A DNA stretch of 64,000 bases from Okamejei kenojei (taxonomy: Eukaryota): the NCBI GenBank assembly GCA_035221665.1, contig CM069159.1, positions 23,870,001 through 23,934,000 of the forward strand, written 5' to 3'. The notes under the pieces were generated by a model. It made no database searches and was not told where the DNA came from. It worked only from the letters and a program-made list of their open reading frames with translations. Shown here one piece after another: positions 10,401 to 23,061 of the stretch (position 1 is its first letter; every line of letters begins with the position of its first letter). A program made the position numbers and the translations under genes.

Positions 10401-13400
10401 AATCTCCTCTCCACAACCAAAAGTAAGGATAGACATAATGGACTGATGATTCTATGAAAAATAACTTCTCTTTCATAAATCTTTGTTGATTTGTGCCGAT
10501 TGTGTTCCAGGGGCCCTGTTTGCTATTTCCTTATTGTTGAATTTTAATAATATCCCGATGACTGATCTCAGGATAACTTAGTTACAGTTTCCTGATTTCT
10601 CCATCCTTTCCTGAATGACTGGGTTATGGTTGCTATCCACAAGACCATTCTAAAACCACCCCTGGAGCTCAAACACTACAAAATTGCCATCTATGCAAGT
10701 TATTATTCAAGATTCAAGAGTGTTATATTGTCAAATGTCCCAAACAGAACAGTGAAGCAGTACAACAGAATATATAAACATAGTACTCTGTAAACAATAT
10801 AATAAATGAAAAAAGTTCAATGAGTGCGTGTATATGTGTGTTTGTACATACATGAGCACACATAAAACAAACAGTAATAGTGCAAAAGGACAAAACTAAT
10901 GTCCCCAAGTCTATGCCGTTCAGAGCTTATTTGAAGGTTGTAGTGTTTAACAGCCAGGTGGCTGTAGGGAAGAAGCTGTTCCTGTTCTGAACGTTTCAGT
11001 CTTCAGGCTCCTGTATCATCTTCCCGATGGTAGGAATGAAATGAGTGTGTGGCCAGGGTGGTGTGGGCCTCTGATGATGCTGGCTGTCTTTTTGGCTGGC
11101 AGCTGGAAACGTATGTAAGCTTTGACAGGTGTACAAGACTGAAGAGGCTGTGATATCTCAGCAGTCACCAAATCCCAATATCTGATAAGTGGTACACCTC
11201 CCACACACAGCCAACTGCTTGCGATTCTAGTCGCCCGCATTACATTACCTCCTTCCTCTTCCTGTTTGCATCTTTGTTATCTCTAGCCTGCATCAGTACT
11301 TTCAGCAACACGCTGTTAACTCATGTGTTATTAGATGCATTTCACTCCATCTCACTCATTGAGTCACAAGGAATGTTGCCAATTACAGGAAACACATTTG
11401 TAGCTGAGGGTACACTTGTTCAAATGGACAGTGTGCCACTAAGGCCTATCCTTACAAAATACCATGCAATTATATTTCAGTCAGTATCAGGGAGTGAAGT
11501 GCTTCATAATTCAGTGAGTTATTTGCAGAATCTCATGGTTTGCAAAGATCCCGACCTGCTTGCCTTGCCATTCTATTAGAGTTGGATCATTTGTAGTGAG
11601 TTCAAGACTCAAAATCAAAGTCAAAGTCAAATTTATTCCTCACATGCACCCGAAGGTGCAGTGAAAATGAAATCTAATTGACAGATTCAGGAGGTTTATG
11701 TAACATGAAAAATATAAGAAATAATCCTTACGATATGACTATTTGGGTAACAGAAATTTGCCGCTACAGAATTACAAGTCACAACTTGAATATGAGCTAT
11801 GGAACAAAATTCTCCCTTACAGAATTTATGCATCGATTTTATTTTAGTTTTGTCTGGCATTTATTAGCAATTGTGCTGATGTTTTGTGTTTTATGCTTGC
11901 TGTTATTGAAAAAATGCAATTTCCCCCTCCCCTCCTTACGTGGGGGTTGGTTGCACCTTGCAGAGAGTTGCAACATAGTCCAAGGGTTTACATGCGGGAT
12001 AATCAATACCTGGATGCAATCTAGAAGCTGAAATGTACCAAAAGGGTTTGGATGCTTTATGCTTACAATCGAGACACTGGTGAGTGCTTCACAGGCTGAT
12101 AAAGGGGTTAGTCATTTGTATGCAGAATATGTTCACCTTCTAGGGTTTTTGTTCAATATGTGAAAACTGCTGATACATCCTGAATTCCGGTTTTATTACA
12201 AACAGCAGGGACACGTTCACACCACGTGGAAGCCACAGATCATTTATTTCTTAATTGTCAATCAAATTACAAATTAAAAACTGATTGCAGAAAATCAGTG
12301 ACAATGGTTAGACAACGGCCAGTGTTGAAAAGACAAAAAGTGTGAGATAAAGGTAGAAGAGGCGTGAAGCCATTGGACTGAATACAGGTGGAATGGGAGT
12401 GGTTGGGGAAGAGGGAAGGACGGATATGGGTGAAAATCCGGATGGGGCACAGGAAAATGAAGGGGGGGGGGGGAAGTGGGGGGGGGGGGGGAGATATTGG
12501 AGTTGTTTCTGTTTGAGCTGTTTTCACACATTCTCATCCCTTTTCACACAGTGGAGATTGATTTTTGACGTCTCGTGGAGAGATCAAGAATTTCACATTG
12601 GGAAACCGGAGTGGAGAATGTTGCACAGAGCAGGCTCGCACAAGAGATCTTTGTGGAATACCTGTAATTTCCGAAAATTCTGTGATCCGTTTCTCCATCC
12701 CAAAATCATGTGCAAAAACATGAGAGGAATAGATCGGGTAGATGCACAGAGTCTCTTGCCTAGAGTGGGAGATTCAAAAACCAGAGAACATAGGTTTACG
12801 GTGAGGGAGGAAAGATTTAAAATAAACTTTTTCTCACAAAGGGTGGTAGGTGTATGTAAAACTCTGACCATTATCTGTTTATTTGCACCTTATCTGTTTA
12901 TTTATTCATGTGTGTATATATTTATATAATGGTATATGGACACACTGATCTGGTCTGTATTCATGCCTACTATATTCTGTTGTGCTGAAGCAAAGCAAGT
13001 ATTTCATTGCCCTATCTGGGACACATGACAATAAACTCTCTTGAATCTTGAATCTTGACAGGTACTTGGATAGGAGAGTTTAGAGGGATATGGTGTAGAT
13101 GGGACATGTTGGCTGGTGTGGGCAAGTTGGGCCGAAGGACCTGTTTCCACACTGTAAGACTCTATAACTCTATCCCTCTGTATACTTGTAGGAACTGCTC
13201 CTTAACAGCTGTCAAACTCTCCTGATCTTTGGGCAACTGATGTGAGGGTGGGGTTGGGTGGTGATAATGGGTCTGTCAAGGAACAAACACATTGGAGCAC
13301 TCCTGGACCAAACATTGATGGTCCAGGTAAGGGTCCATGAATCTTGAGTGCCTGTCCCTCTGGGATTCAGCTTGGATCGAGGTACCTGCCCCAGGAGAGG

Positions 13401-13622
13401 GAGGACATGGTGCCCACAGGCAGGACTGAGAGCTTTGTGACCAGCGAGCACGACAGAGGCTAAACTACATCCTTGCCATCTGGAATAACATTTAAAAAAA
13501 AACTTTTGTTGCAAAATAGCGACTTAGAAAAGTGGTTCCAGCAGTAAAAAAGCAAAATAAAGCAGTACGAGATAACTGAAGGTGCTCGGCCGAAAGGTCT
13601 TGGATCTCAGCTGTGTGCTTTT

Positions 13623-13685
13623 TTATATTTTCAGGCGTGGAGCAAGCTGGCTGTATTCAGAGCTCCCTCTACGATCCCGGAGATC
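13623..13685 (-). CDS. CD3 gamma/delta-like unit B, last coding exon (second half of ITAM)
   Basis: tattttctag|DLRDRRGSSEYSQLAPRLKI*; completes the ITAM YQDL-x8-YSQL. Confidence 0.88.
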   Translation of the reverse strand, partial: DLRDRRGSSEYSQLAPRLKI

Positions 13686-15758
13686 CTAGAAAATACCAAG
13701 ACAGTATTAACATCCAAATAATAAAGGGGGGGTACACAAAATGCTGGAGAAACTCAGCGGGTGCAGCAGCATCTATGGAGCGAAGGAGATAGGTAACGTT
13801 TCGGGCCAAAACCCTTCTTCAGACAGGATTAATAATCCAAATAATAAATATGTGACTACCTACTGCCTTAATCCTCCCATGTGTCAGGCAAGGAAACCCC
13901 GGTTGCCCCTTGCAGTTGTGGTTGCCACTTCAGGAGGAGGTTGTGAAGGCATGCGAGGGGCGGCGGAAAGGAATTCTGAGGACGTGCTCGTTGTCAGTCA
14001 TGTCCTGGCTGGGCCCGGCTTGTTCTCTTTGGAACAAGGGGATCGGAGGGAGATCCAGAACAAGGGCAACTGAGGGTGATCCAGAACAAGGGAGATTTGG
14101 GTGGCAGGCAAGGGGAGTGTTGGGTGGCAGTGGCTCCTCAAGGGATATGCGCATTAGTCAGAGTGATTGAGCAGTCGTGCTGGATTTTTGACACATTATA
14201 AATATAAAAGAGCTGGAAAGAATCAACAGGAGCTTCTCTGAAGGGAGATGAATAACTATAGAATAAGGGTGACAATTGGTCAATTAGCGGAGGGACTAAG
14301 GGTTGATGAAAACTCTTCACCCGAAAGACAGTGATGGGGCAAGTGGGGAAGAGTCTAGGATTTGCTGTCTGAAAGAGTAAAGGAGAGGGAAACTCTCATG
14401 GAAGCCGGGAGGCACCTGGATGAATCCTTGAAGAATCATAGCTTATAAAGCCAATGACCAAGAGCTGGAAAGTAGTTTTAATCAAAGTGAAGTTAGACAT
14501 AAATGGTGAAGAAACTCTGATCAGTCTGAAGAAGGGCTTGACCTGAAACGTCACCTATTCCTTCGCTCCATAGATGCTGCCTCACCCACTGAGTTTCTCC
14601 AGCATTTTTGTCTACCTTAGATTTTTTCCAGCATCTGCAGTTCTTTTGTAAACATTTAATCAAAATGAATTTGCTTTTGGTTGGCATGACAAATCACAAG
14701 CCGATTACAGCCCTTTTTCTGCTATAAATCTTGATGCTTCCTTAATTTCCCTCTTTCTACCATATCTTATTCACTGCATGGGATCTGGATTATGAAATTA
14801 CCCAGTATGAAATCACACTCCCAGCACTTTGCACTGAGATATCTATATTTCTCCCATCCCAGAGCAGGATAGATAAAATTATCTCCTTCAGGAAGGACAG
14901 TTACCATGTCCATCCCTGTACATCTCTTGTGTAAGGAGGAACAGCAGATGCTGGTTTAAACCGAAGACAGACACAAAAAGCTGGAGTAACTCAGCGGGAC
15001 AGGCAGCATCTCCGGAGAGAAGGAATGGGTGACGTTTCGGGTCGAGAACTTCTGAGTTACTCCAGCTTTTTGTGTCTATCTCCTCTACATGTCTTTATGG
15101 ACACTCTCGACAGAGGTCTAAGACCAGGTATCCTCTTCCCACTTCAACCAATAGAGCATGTTGTAAACCCGCAGTCTGCTGGTTTTGTGGAGATATCCAG
15201 TGTGTGCTTGACAAATATTTGAAGCTTTTGCCAATATTGAGGCACATGAGGCAGATACTATAACAACCGGTAGATAGATAGGAAAGGTTTACAGGGACAG
15301 CGGCCAAACTCAGGGAGGTACAACCAGTGTAGATGGGGCATCTTGGTCAACATGGGCAAGTTGAGCTGAAGGACCTGTTTCTGTGCTGTATGCCTCCTGC
15401 AGATCACTTGGCATACCCTGGATTGGCTCCGAGGGTATATCAAGTCATCCTTTCTCAGCCATTAAGAGAGCAAAACATTGTTCTCAACTGTTAGCTTACG
15501 TGATTTGGTTTCTCCTATTTAGTTCCCTGTAACCTAATCTCTCGCATACTCCCATCAACACCCCCGCTGACTTTTGTACCTCTTGCCAACACCAGGGCAA
15601 TTTACATGAAACTGCAACACCCGGGGGAAACTCACTTGGTTGCAAACTCCACACATTCATTTGTGTGATGCTCCACATTAATAACTTGATCAAAGTCCAA
15701 AACCCACTCAAACTCAGTGAAGGCAATACTCTAGTTGATAGCTGTTGACTATCCTTAC

Positions 15759-15805
15759 CTGATACAGATCATTGTTATGGGGAACAAGGTGCTGCTCATC
15801 AGAAG
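15759..15805 (-). CDS. CD3 gamma/delta-like unit B, cytoplasmic exon (DxxxLL-like motif, first ITAM Tyr)
   Basis: 47-nt exon cttttcttccag|(A)SDEQHLVPHNNDLYQ|gtaagg, resembling CD3 gamma ASDKQTLLPNDQLYQ. Confidence 0.9.
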
Positions 15806-16139
15806 CTGGAAGAAAAGTACAAGAAAAGGAATAAGAAACTTGGAATTATCTAAGGCACAACCAATACCATTTCTATAACGGTTAGGCTTAGGTATAGCAT
15901 TGTCATATGTACCAAGTTACAGAGAAAAGCTTTGTTTTGCATGATATCCATACAGATCGGATAAACCATACATAAATCAAGTCGAGCTCAAGTACAATAG
16001 ATGGAGAAAAAGGGAAAACACAGAGTGAAGAATATAGTTCCCAGCATTGTGGCAGATCAGTTCCATTGACAAAAGTCTAATGTCCTCAATAGGCTAGCAA
16101 TGAATCGGACAACACCCTAACTTATGGAAGGCCTGTTCA

Positions 16140-16880
16140 GATAACAAAGGGGAAGGAGCTGCTGAGACATGACAAATTTCTTCAGTCTCTTCAGGAAGTA
16201 AAGATATTGCTGAGCCTTCTGAGCATCGATGTGCTTGGTCCGTGAAAGATCATTGGTAATATTAATGCCAAGGAACTTAAAATTCTCAACCATTTACACT
16301 GCCACACCATTGATGGCTGATTGGAGCATGTACTCAACTATGCTTCCTGAAGTTAATAACTCGCTCCTTTGTCTTGCTGACATTCAGGGAGTAGTTTTTG
16401 TCCTGAAACCATATCCCTAAGTTCTGCATCTCCTTCCTGTACTCAGACAGTCTCATCATTGTGTGTGAGTCGGCCCACCACGGTGCAACTCTTCAGATGG
16501 AATTAGCACCAAGTTTAGCCATACAGTTGGGAGAGTATGGGGAGTATAGTAAGGCACTGAGAATGCATCCTTGTGTGGCTCCATATTGAGAATTATTGTG
16601 GAGGTCTAATTATTGTCTTCTATCCTCACTGATGGGGATTCCTAGATCCAGGATTTTGGAGATGAGTTTGGATAGGATTATGGTGTTGAAGGAAGAGCTA
16701 TAGTCGATACTTAGGAGTCTAACATAGTTCGTGTTATCTAAATGTTCCAGAGATTTGTTTAGGGCCAGGTAGATAGACCTGTTGCAACAGTCAAGGCTGG
16801 CTGGGAGGCTGGAGTTAATATGTGCCATCATCAGTCTATCAAAGCACTTCATGATGGTGGATGTCTGAGCCACTGGACGA
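16140..16880 (-). mobile_element. Degenerate Rex1/Babar-like LINE RT fragment
   Basis: [16 protein letters not shown]...[17 protein letters not shown], with indels. Confidence 0.75.
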
Positions 16881-17054
16881 TTGTCCAGCAATCTAAAATT
16901 CGCTTCCCCAAAATGTTTTGGTGTCTGGAGGTTAATTGAACCTCTCACAAGAGATCTTTTATTTTCCTAAGGGCAGCTCAACCTTCTGAACCTTCTGAAT
17001 GTTGTCGTCGGCAGGGCAGTCTGCATATCGCCAACTTTGACAATTTTACATTTT

Positions 17055-17262
17055 TTATCAAGCCAATTAATCAAGCCAATTAACCTACATGTCTGTATGT
17101 CTTTGCAGTGTGGGAGGAAACCGAAGTTCTTGGAGAAAACCCATGCAGATCACGGGGAGAAAGTACAAACTCCATACAGACAGCACCTGTAGTCGGGATC
17201 GAACCCGGGTCTCTGGCGCTGCATTTTGCTGGAAGGCAGCAACTCTACCGCTTTGCCACCGT
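17055..17262 (-). mobile_element. HE1-like SINE
   Basis: Reverse-complement tRNA head and SINE core. Confidence 0.8.
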
Positions 17263-17525
17263 GACTGCACAGTGTCCAATTGTCAGTATATCATGGTTCC
17301 GTTGCTTTTCAGTCAGAAAGTTGCAAATTCAAGTTCCAATGATCTCGTATGGGATCTCCAATGCCCATTGCTGGGATATGGACATGTTTGCAATGGGCCA
17401 TGAATCGACCCAACTGGCTCAAGGCCAAAAGGTTGGCCAAGTACATAATGGCCTTATAGTTAGTAGAAGCAGAGGATGAGACAATCAGTACAGGTGTGAT
17501 GAGGACTAATAAAATAAATGGTAAC

Positions 17526-17648
17526 CTTTTCCCCCCTTCGAAGATGCCACACAGTAGATCGCCAAAGCGATAAAGACAGTAGCAATGAGGTCTCCAATCA
17601 CAATTCCAGAGATCGTGTTGGCATCCAGTTTCACACAATTCCTACAAA
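17526..17648 (-). CDS. CD3 gamma/delta-like unit B, transmembrane exon (3' boundary uncertain)
   Basis: ttgttttcag|(L)CRNCVKLDANTISGIVIGDLIATVFIALAIYCVASSKGGK. The only phase-compatible donor is the weak AAG|gttacc; otherwise it reads through to TAG at 17506-17508. Confidence 0.85.
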
Positions 17649-18008
17649 CTGAAAACAAAGGTAGGACAAAAACATATCAAAAATGTATTTTAGATTTAAC
17701 ACAATATGATTTTTTAAATATCTATTCCTGTTTTGTGCACTCATTCTGGTGCTGCAGCTGACCACCTTCTTATGTTCAGCCAGTGCTGAATTGGCGAACA
17801 TAGCCCTGATATTCAAATTCTACTTCTGTCTCGGACAATGGTAGTCCACCACCTCTTTTGTTCCCAGCCCAATTTACTAATAGGTTCCAATGAGGAACTC
17901 AGGGTCAGGCAAGCCAGGGATAGCAATGTAACAAAGAGCAACACTAACATCATGCCCGACTCGAGTTGTCACATCGCTTCAAGTGTTACATAGAAAAGAT
18001 CAACTTAC

Positions 18009-18200
18009 GTTTGACAAACACAAAAGCAGTCGATCTCTTTTGGCCAACAGTGCAGGTATATTCTCCAGTATCGGTGTCCGAGAGCTTTATCAGTTTCATA
18101 TTACCATCATGCGTTTTCCCCGCGTAGTTCACTCCGTCCTTCTCCCATTCTCCAACAATTGGACACTTCATAGTGATGCCACCAGACTCTTCCTGGATCA
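18009..18200 (-). CDS. CD3 gamma/delta-like unit B, Ig-domain exon
   Basis: 192-nt phase 1/1 exon: (V)IQEESGGITMKCPIVGEWEKDGVNYAGKTHDGNMKLIKLSDTDTGEYTCTVGQKRSTAFVFVK, with the C...W...DTGEYTC Ig signature. Confidence 0.9.
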
Positions 18201-19374
18201 CTGAGAATAAAGCACAGGAGCTGAGCAGCACTCTGACAGTGCTACTGACTGGGAGGTGTGAGCTCCCTGCTGGAATTCAAAGTCTTATTCCCAACTAGTA
18301 ATTTGCGCTCAGTTTAGCTAGTGTCAATCTTAGAACAGAATGCTGATGTTGGAAGAGAAGCCAAGAAGGGAGAGAAAAAGGAATGGATCTTCCCACATGG
18401 ATGATGCTTGGCAACGGTTTAACATGAAAAAAGCTTGCAAGTTCACATCCCGGCATAGTTTTCTGGCACCTTGACTCTCAGTCTGAAGAACTGAAACGTT
18501 CTCGACCCGAAACATCACATATTCATTTTCTGACCCACTGAGTTATCCAGTTTTTTGTGTCTAACTATAGTTTTCTGAAGGTAGACTAAAGTGCTGGAGA
18601 AACACAGCAGGTGCAGCAGCATCTATGGAGTGAAGGAAATAGGCAATGTTTCTGGCTGAAACCCTTCTTCAGACTTAGTTTTCTGGAATTGCTTGCTTAA
18701 ATTTGATGATTTATAATTGAAAGGTAATATAATCTTGAAAATAGCCAAGGTGTTGGGAAATTATAACTGGATCACTGATGTCCTTAGGGAAGAGGGAGCG
18801 GCATTAGTCATATGCCTGAGACAAGATTAGCATTTCCAGAAATGTAAACCCTGAATTCAAATTGACAAACTAAACTTTTGGACACACAGCTCTGGATTGC
18901 TCTTTGTAGTATTTTATTTGTCTTCATGATATTTTATTATTCTGCTCAGTTGCTTATCTGTTTATTCTCGACTGCTGATCTATAACCAAGATGGTGTAGT
19001 GCCAGTAATATGTTTGTGGCTGCAGGAGTCAGTACTCTAGAAGCTATCCTAAGACAACACATGTGTAAATTCATTTGCAGGATAAATTACTCTAAAAATG
19101 TGCTTATTGTGGCCTTGACAAACATAAGGGTTAGCACTACACGCTACGAATCCCAGTTGTGGAGACACTGGTATCGTTGTCTCGTTGTACGACATTGATC
19201 ATTTTTTACACTGGATTTTTAACTTAAGCATTGTGGGGTTTTTTTTAAATATATAAATTATGATGTTTTTTTGTGATTTACCATGATTTTATATATATTT
19301 ATGATATTTGAGATGCAATACATTTTTTTTTAATGTAATGTTGCCCCTTGTCTGAACCTTGAGTCTGTAATAAA

Positions 19375-19403
19375 GTTATTATTATTATTATTATTATTAT
19401 TAT
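19375..19403. repeat. (TTA)n microsatellite
   Basis: Direct reading; tail of an adjacent LINE 3' fragment. Confidence 0.9.
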
Positions 19404-19409
19404 ACTCAA

Positions 19410-19630
19410 TGTGTGGATGGAACTGCAGATGATGGTTTACACCAGCGCACGATAGACACAAAACGCTGGAGTAACTCAGCGGGACAGGCAGCATCTCAGG
19501 AGAGAAGGAATGGGTGAGGTTTCGGGTCGGGTTTCTGTCTGGAAAAGCGTCTCGACCCGAAACGTCACCCATTTCTTCTCTGCAGAGATGCTGCCTGTCC
19601 CGCTGAGTTACTCCAGCGTTTTGTGTTTAT
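19410..19630. repeat. Palindromic Penelope-LTR-like repeat
   Basis: Inverted arms ctggagtaactcagcgggacaggcagcatctc / gagatgctgcctgtcccgctgagttactccag. Confidence 0.7.
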
Positions 19631-20093
19631 ACTCTATGTGTGTTGGTAGTCGAGGAGAAACATGTAAGCAAACTATCAGGATCTCGGAAGTTTTCCTGTC
19701 TGGAAAATTGATTCACTTTCTGGGTCACATTCTTTTGCAACTTAAGTGGAGGTTCAGTGAACTGAGTGTTTAGTGCTAGGAATTATCTTTACACCTTAAT
19801 CTCTGACCGGTAAGCTCAAAGCAATTGTAAAGGGAAGAGGCAAACAAAGTGAAATCAAAGAAATAGCAGAGATCTGGGCAGGGAGTCACCCTAACAGGGT
19901 TACTGCAAAGGTGGAGTAAGAAATGATCCACTTGCTCTCTTATCCATGCAATGTTTCAAAGATAAGAAAACAAGGTTTTCATTGAAAACCCAATTAAACA
20001 CTGTGGAAAATCTAACAAATCCTAACCTTCAATTTCTTGCTTTTCATAACTCAAAGTAACGTTTAACCCCAATAATAAAAATCAACAGCTTAC

Positions 20094-20114
20094 CAACCAT
20101 TTCTTGAGAAAACC
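20094..20114 (-). CDS. CD3 gamma/delta-like unit B, 21-nt mini-exon
   Basis: ctttctatttag|GG TTT TCT CAA GAA ATG GTT G|gtaagc = (G)FSQEMV(V); phase 1/1. Confidence 0.8.
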
Positions 20115-20689
20115 CTAAATAGAAAGAAATTGAGAAAACAGTCACCAGGGCAGCATGAATTTCAGTTTACAATTAAATACAAACGCTGACAGTAAAGGCG
20201 ACAGATGTACGCACACACACACACAGCGCACACACACGCGATTCATGCGATCAGTAAATCCCATTATATATCATGATTGTCTCCACAGGGTACGGATCAT
20301 ATAACTGCAGTATTGTCCAAACAATTAGAGTTGTCATGAGCTTTTGCTCTGCTCATTACCTCTTAATTTCATAACCAGGTACTCTGTGTAACTGTCCCTG
20401 AACTGTGTAACGCACAATGAAATTGGACCTCATGAGTGGGGTTGAGATATGGTTTGATTCTTCTTTTCCTTACTTCAAAAGAATGAACAAAATTAGTGAA
20501 CAGTCGTTTAAAACAGATGTGCACAGGAACTTCTCACTGAGGGTGGTGAATATCTGGAATTCTCTATTCTAGAGGGTTGTCATGATGAGATAATTGGGTG
20601 TCTTTAAAAGTAGAAATAGAACCATTTTCAAAAGTTCAGGGAAAAGTGACCTTTGAGGAAGTGGCACAACAGAGGAGATGAGTCCATAG

Positions 20690-20932
20690 AAATATAGAAA
20701 CATAGAAAATAGGTGCAGGAGTAGGCCATTCGGCCCTACGAGCCTGCACTGCCATTCAATATGATCATGGCTGATCATCCAACTCAGTATCCCTTACCTG
20801 CCTTCTCTCCACACCCCCTGATCCCTTTAGCCACAAGGGCCACATCTAACTCCCTCTTAAATGTAGCCAATGAACTGGCCTCAACTACCTTCTGTGGCAG
20901 AGAATTCCAGAGATTCACCATTCTCTGTGTGA
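20690..20932 (-). mobile_element. CR1/HER1 LINE 3' end
   Basis: Reverse complement of the 4310-4680 family. Confidence 0.85.
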
Positions 20933-22614
20933 AGAGGTCAGCCAAGATCATATTGAATGGTTGACCATGCTTCTATCTGCTCATGTTCTTAACCAGGAAG
21001 TGAACTTGAAATCTGATATCCCTTCCTAGGCAGAGGTGCAGTTGATCGGTTTAGGGGCAAAAGTCAATTATAAAAATGAAAAAGGATTAATGAACAATTG
21101 GAGTGAGAACAACTTAATATCAAGGAGCAGATCTGGTGAGGATATGTCGTTGGATGTGACCAAAGTCCTTTCAGGCAATGAACAGCGCCTAGTTTCTCTC
21201 CTTTCTTGCTCTTGTGTTGTAAGAAGAGTTTTAGTTTGGCTTTTGTTTTATTTTGTTTTTAGCTTAGTTTCCCTCCTTTCTTACTCGTGATGCAAGTATA
21301 TAGATCTCAATTCAAACTTTACCTTTATTTTGACAGATATAATATGATCCTCTTACAGGCAGCTGTTTCAATGGCAAATTAGCTGCGTTGAGCCACAGAA
21401 GTTTGCAAGTATGCCCTGAAGTTAGGGGTTGCCCTGGCAACTTAAGAATCACATCCGCCAATGATAAATGATAAGCAAAGCCCTACAGCTACACATAAAA
21501 CATTCTTCAGATCTGAAATTTATTCCGTATATAATCCCTGAAGATGCAAAAATGTTACATACGGCCTATATTGTTCCGTACATTTACGCAATCATGCAGA
21601 TATGAAAGATTTAATTGTAGACAGATATGCAAGGTTACTCCAGCACTTTTTTTGAAATACACAAAGTTCTCATGGAAAAAGATCTAAAAAAATCGATCAC
21701 TGAAGATTCAGAAAAATACCATTATTCAATTAACTGCCACTTGGATTCCCTCAGCTATGATGCAAGCAAAACATAATGACTTAACAGAAAGACAATACAG
21801 TACAAGTGTTCATCTTTTGACACAGGAGATAACTTGTAATTAAAATACACCACATAACATGCAAAGACATTAAGGAACGTTCCCAGCACCAAGATGTAGC
21901 AGCCATCATTAAAAAATACATCAATTGCAAATTGTGTCCAATTTGTACAACCGGATTTGCTTCATTAAAAAAAAGTTATCTCCGGCAACTATAATACAGT
22001 GACCTGTACTAACTATGGGAGCCAGTATTTTTCAAAAGTCTGAAAATATTTGGATTAATATCATCCAGTGAGCTTTATGGTGTACCATTTCTCCTCAAGG
22101 AGTATCTGTGCAGTGCTATTAAGGGTCAGGCCTACTGCAAAGGGTCGGTTAGCACCTCTGACCAACAAACAGGGTTCTCTGTTACATGAGTTAGCATAAG
22201 ACATCTGCAAGCATAGGTGGACAGGAAATCAACACTGCCCGGGAGGAAACTGTGACAAAAGTTGAATATTTCAGATAGGAAAAGAGTTTGGGTCGGTAGT
22301 TGAGTTTGACATGTTCCCGAGCTTTCATCACAAGGCATGCCGTCAACATCCTGACCACCAAATGGGGACCTTCCTCATCTCCTGTATTATAACGACTAAA
22401 GTATTATTATAACTATTACAACTAATAGTTACAAGCCCACAAAGGAGATATCCTGTTTCTGCATGGCCAGAGCAACACGAGTCACTGTACGACTTATCAG
22501 AGGGTGCGTTCATCTCTGAAGGATCCCCATTGAATTTGTACCATAGGCATTGAGTGACCATTTGGTCCAATGCTTGGCCGAGATCATTGCATTAACAGGC
22601 CTAACAAGGGTATA

Positions 22615-22831
22615 GGTGTAGGAAAGAACTGCAGATGCTGGTTTAAATCGAAGGTAGACACAAAATGCTGGAGTAACTCAGCGGGACAGGCAGCATCTCT
22701 GGAGAGAAGGAATGGGTGATGTTTCGGGTCCAGACCCTTCCTCATACCGTCTCGACCCGAAACGTCACCCATTCCTTCTCTCCAGAGATGCTGCCTGTCC
22801 CGCTGAGTTACTCCAGCATTTTGTGTCTACC
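22615..22831. repeat. Palindromic Penelope-LTR-like repeat in the 3' flank of the piggyBac ORF
   Basis: Near-perfect inverted arms ggtagacacaaaatgctggagtaactc... / ...gagttactccagcattttgtgtctacc. Confidence 0.75.
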
Positions 22832-23061
22832 GAGTGGTCACATCGCTCAAGTCACATTTGGATCCTTCTTAGAAGTGCCTCATCCTTCGTGGCAAGTGAA
22901 ATCCAGGGAGATGTGTCACTGAATCTTGAACTCAGAGAAGGTGAACAACTGTTTTTTGAAAGTCTTGTCTGATGACATCCCCGGGATCACTGGGATATCA
23001 GTCCTGGAATGGCCAGGGCAATGGTGGAGAGGTGGCAACACACAAGCCCACTGATGTGAAG

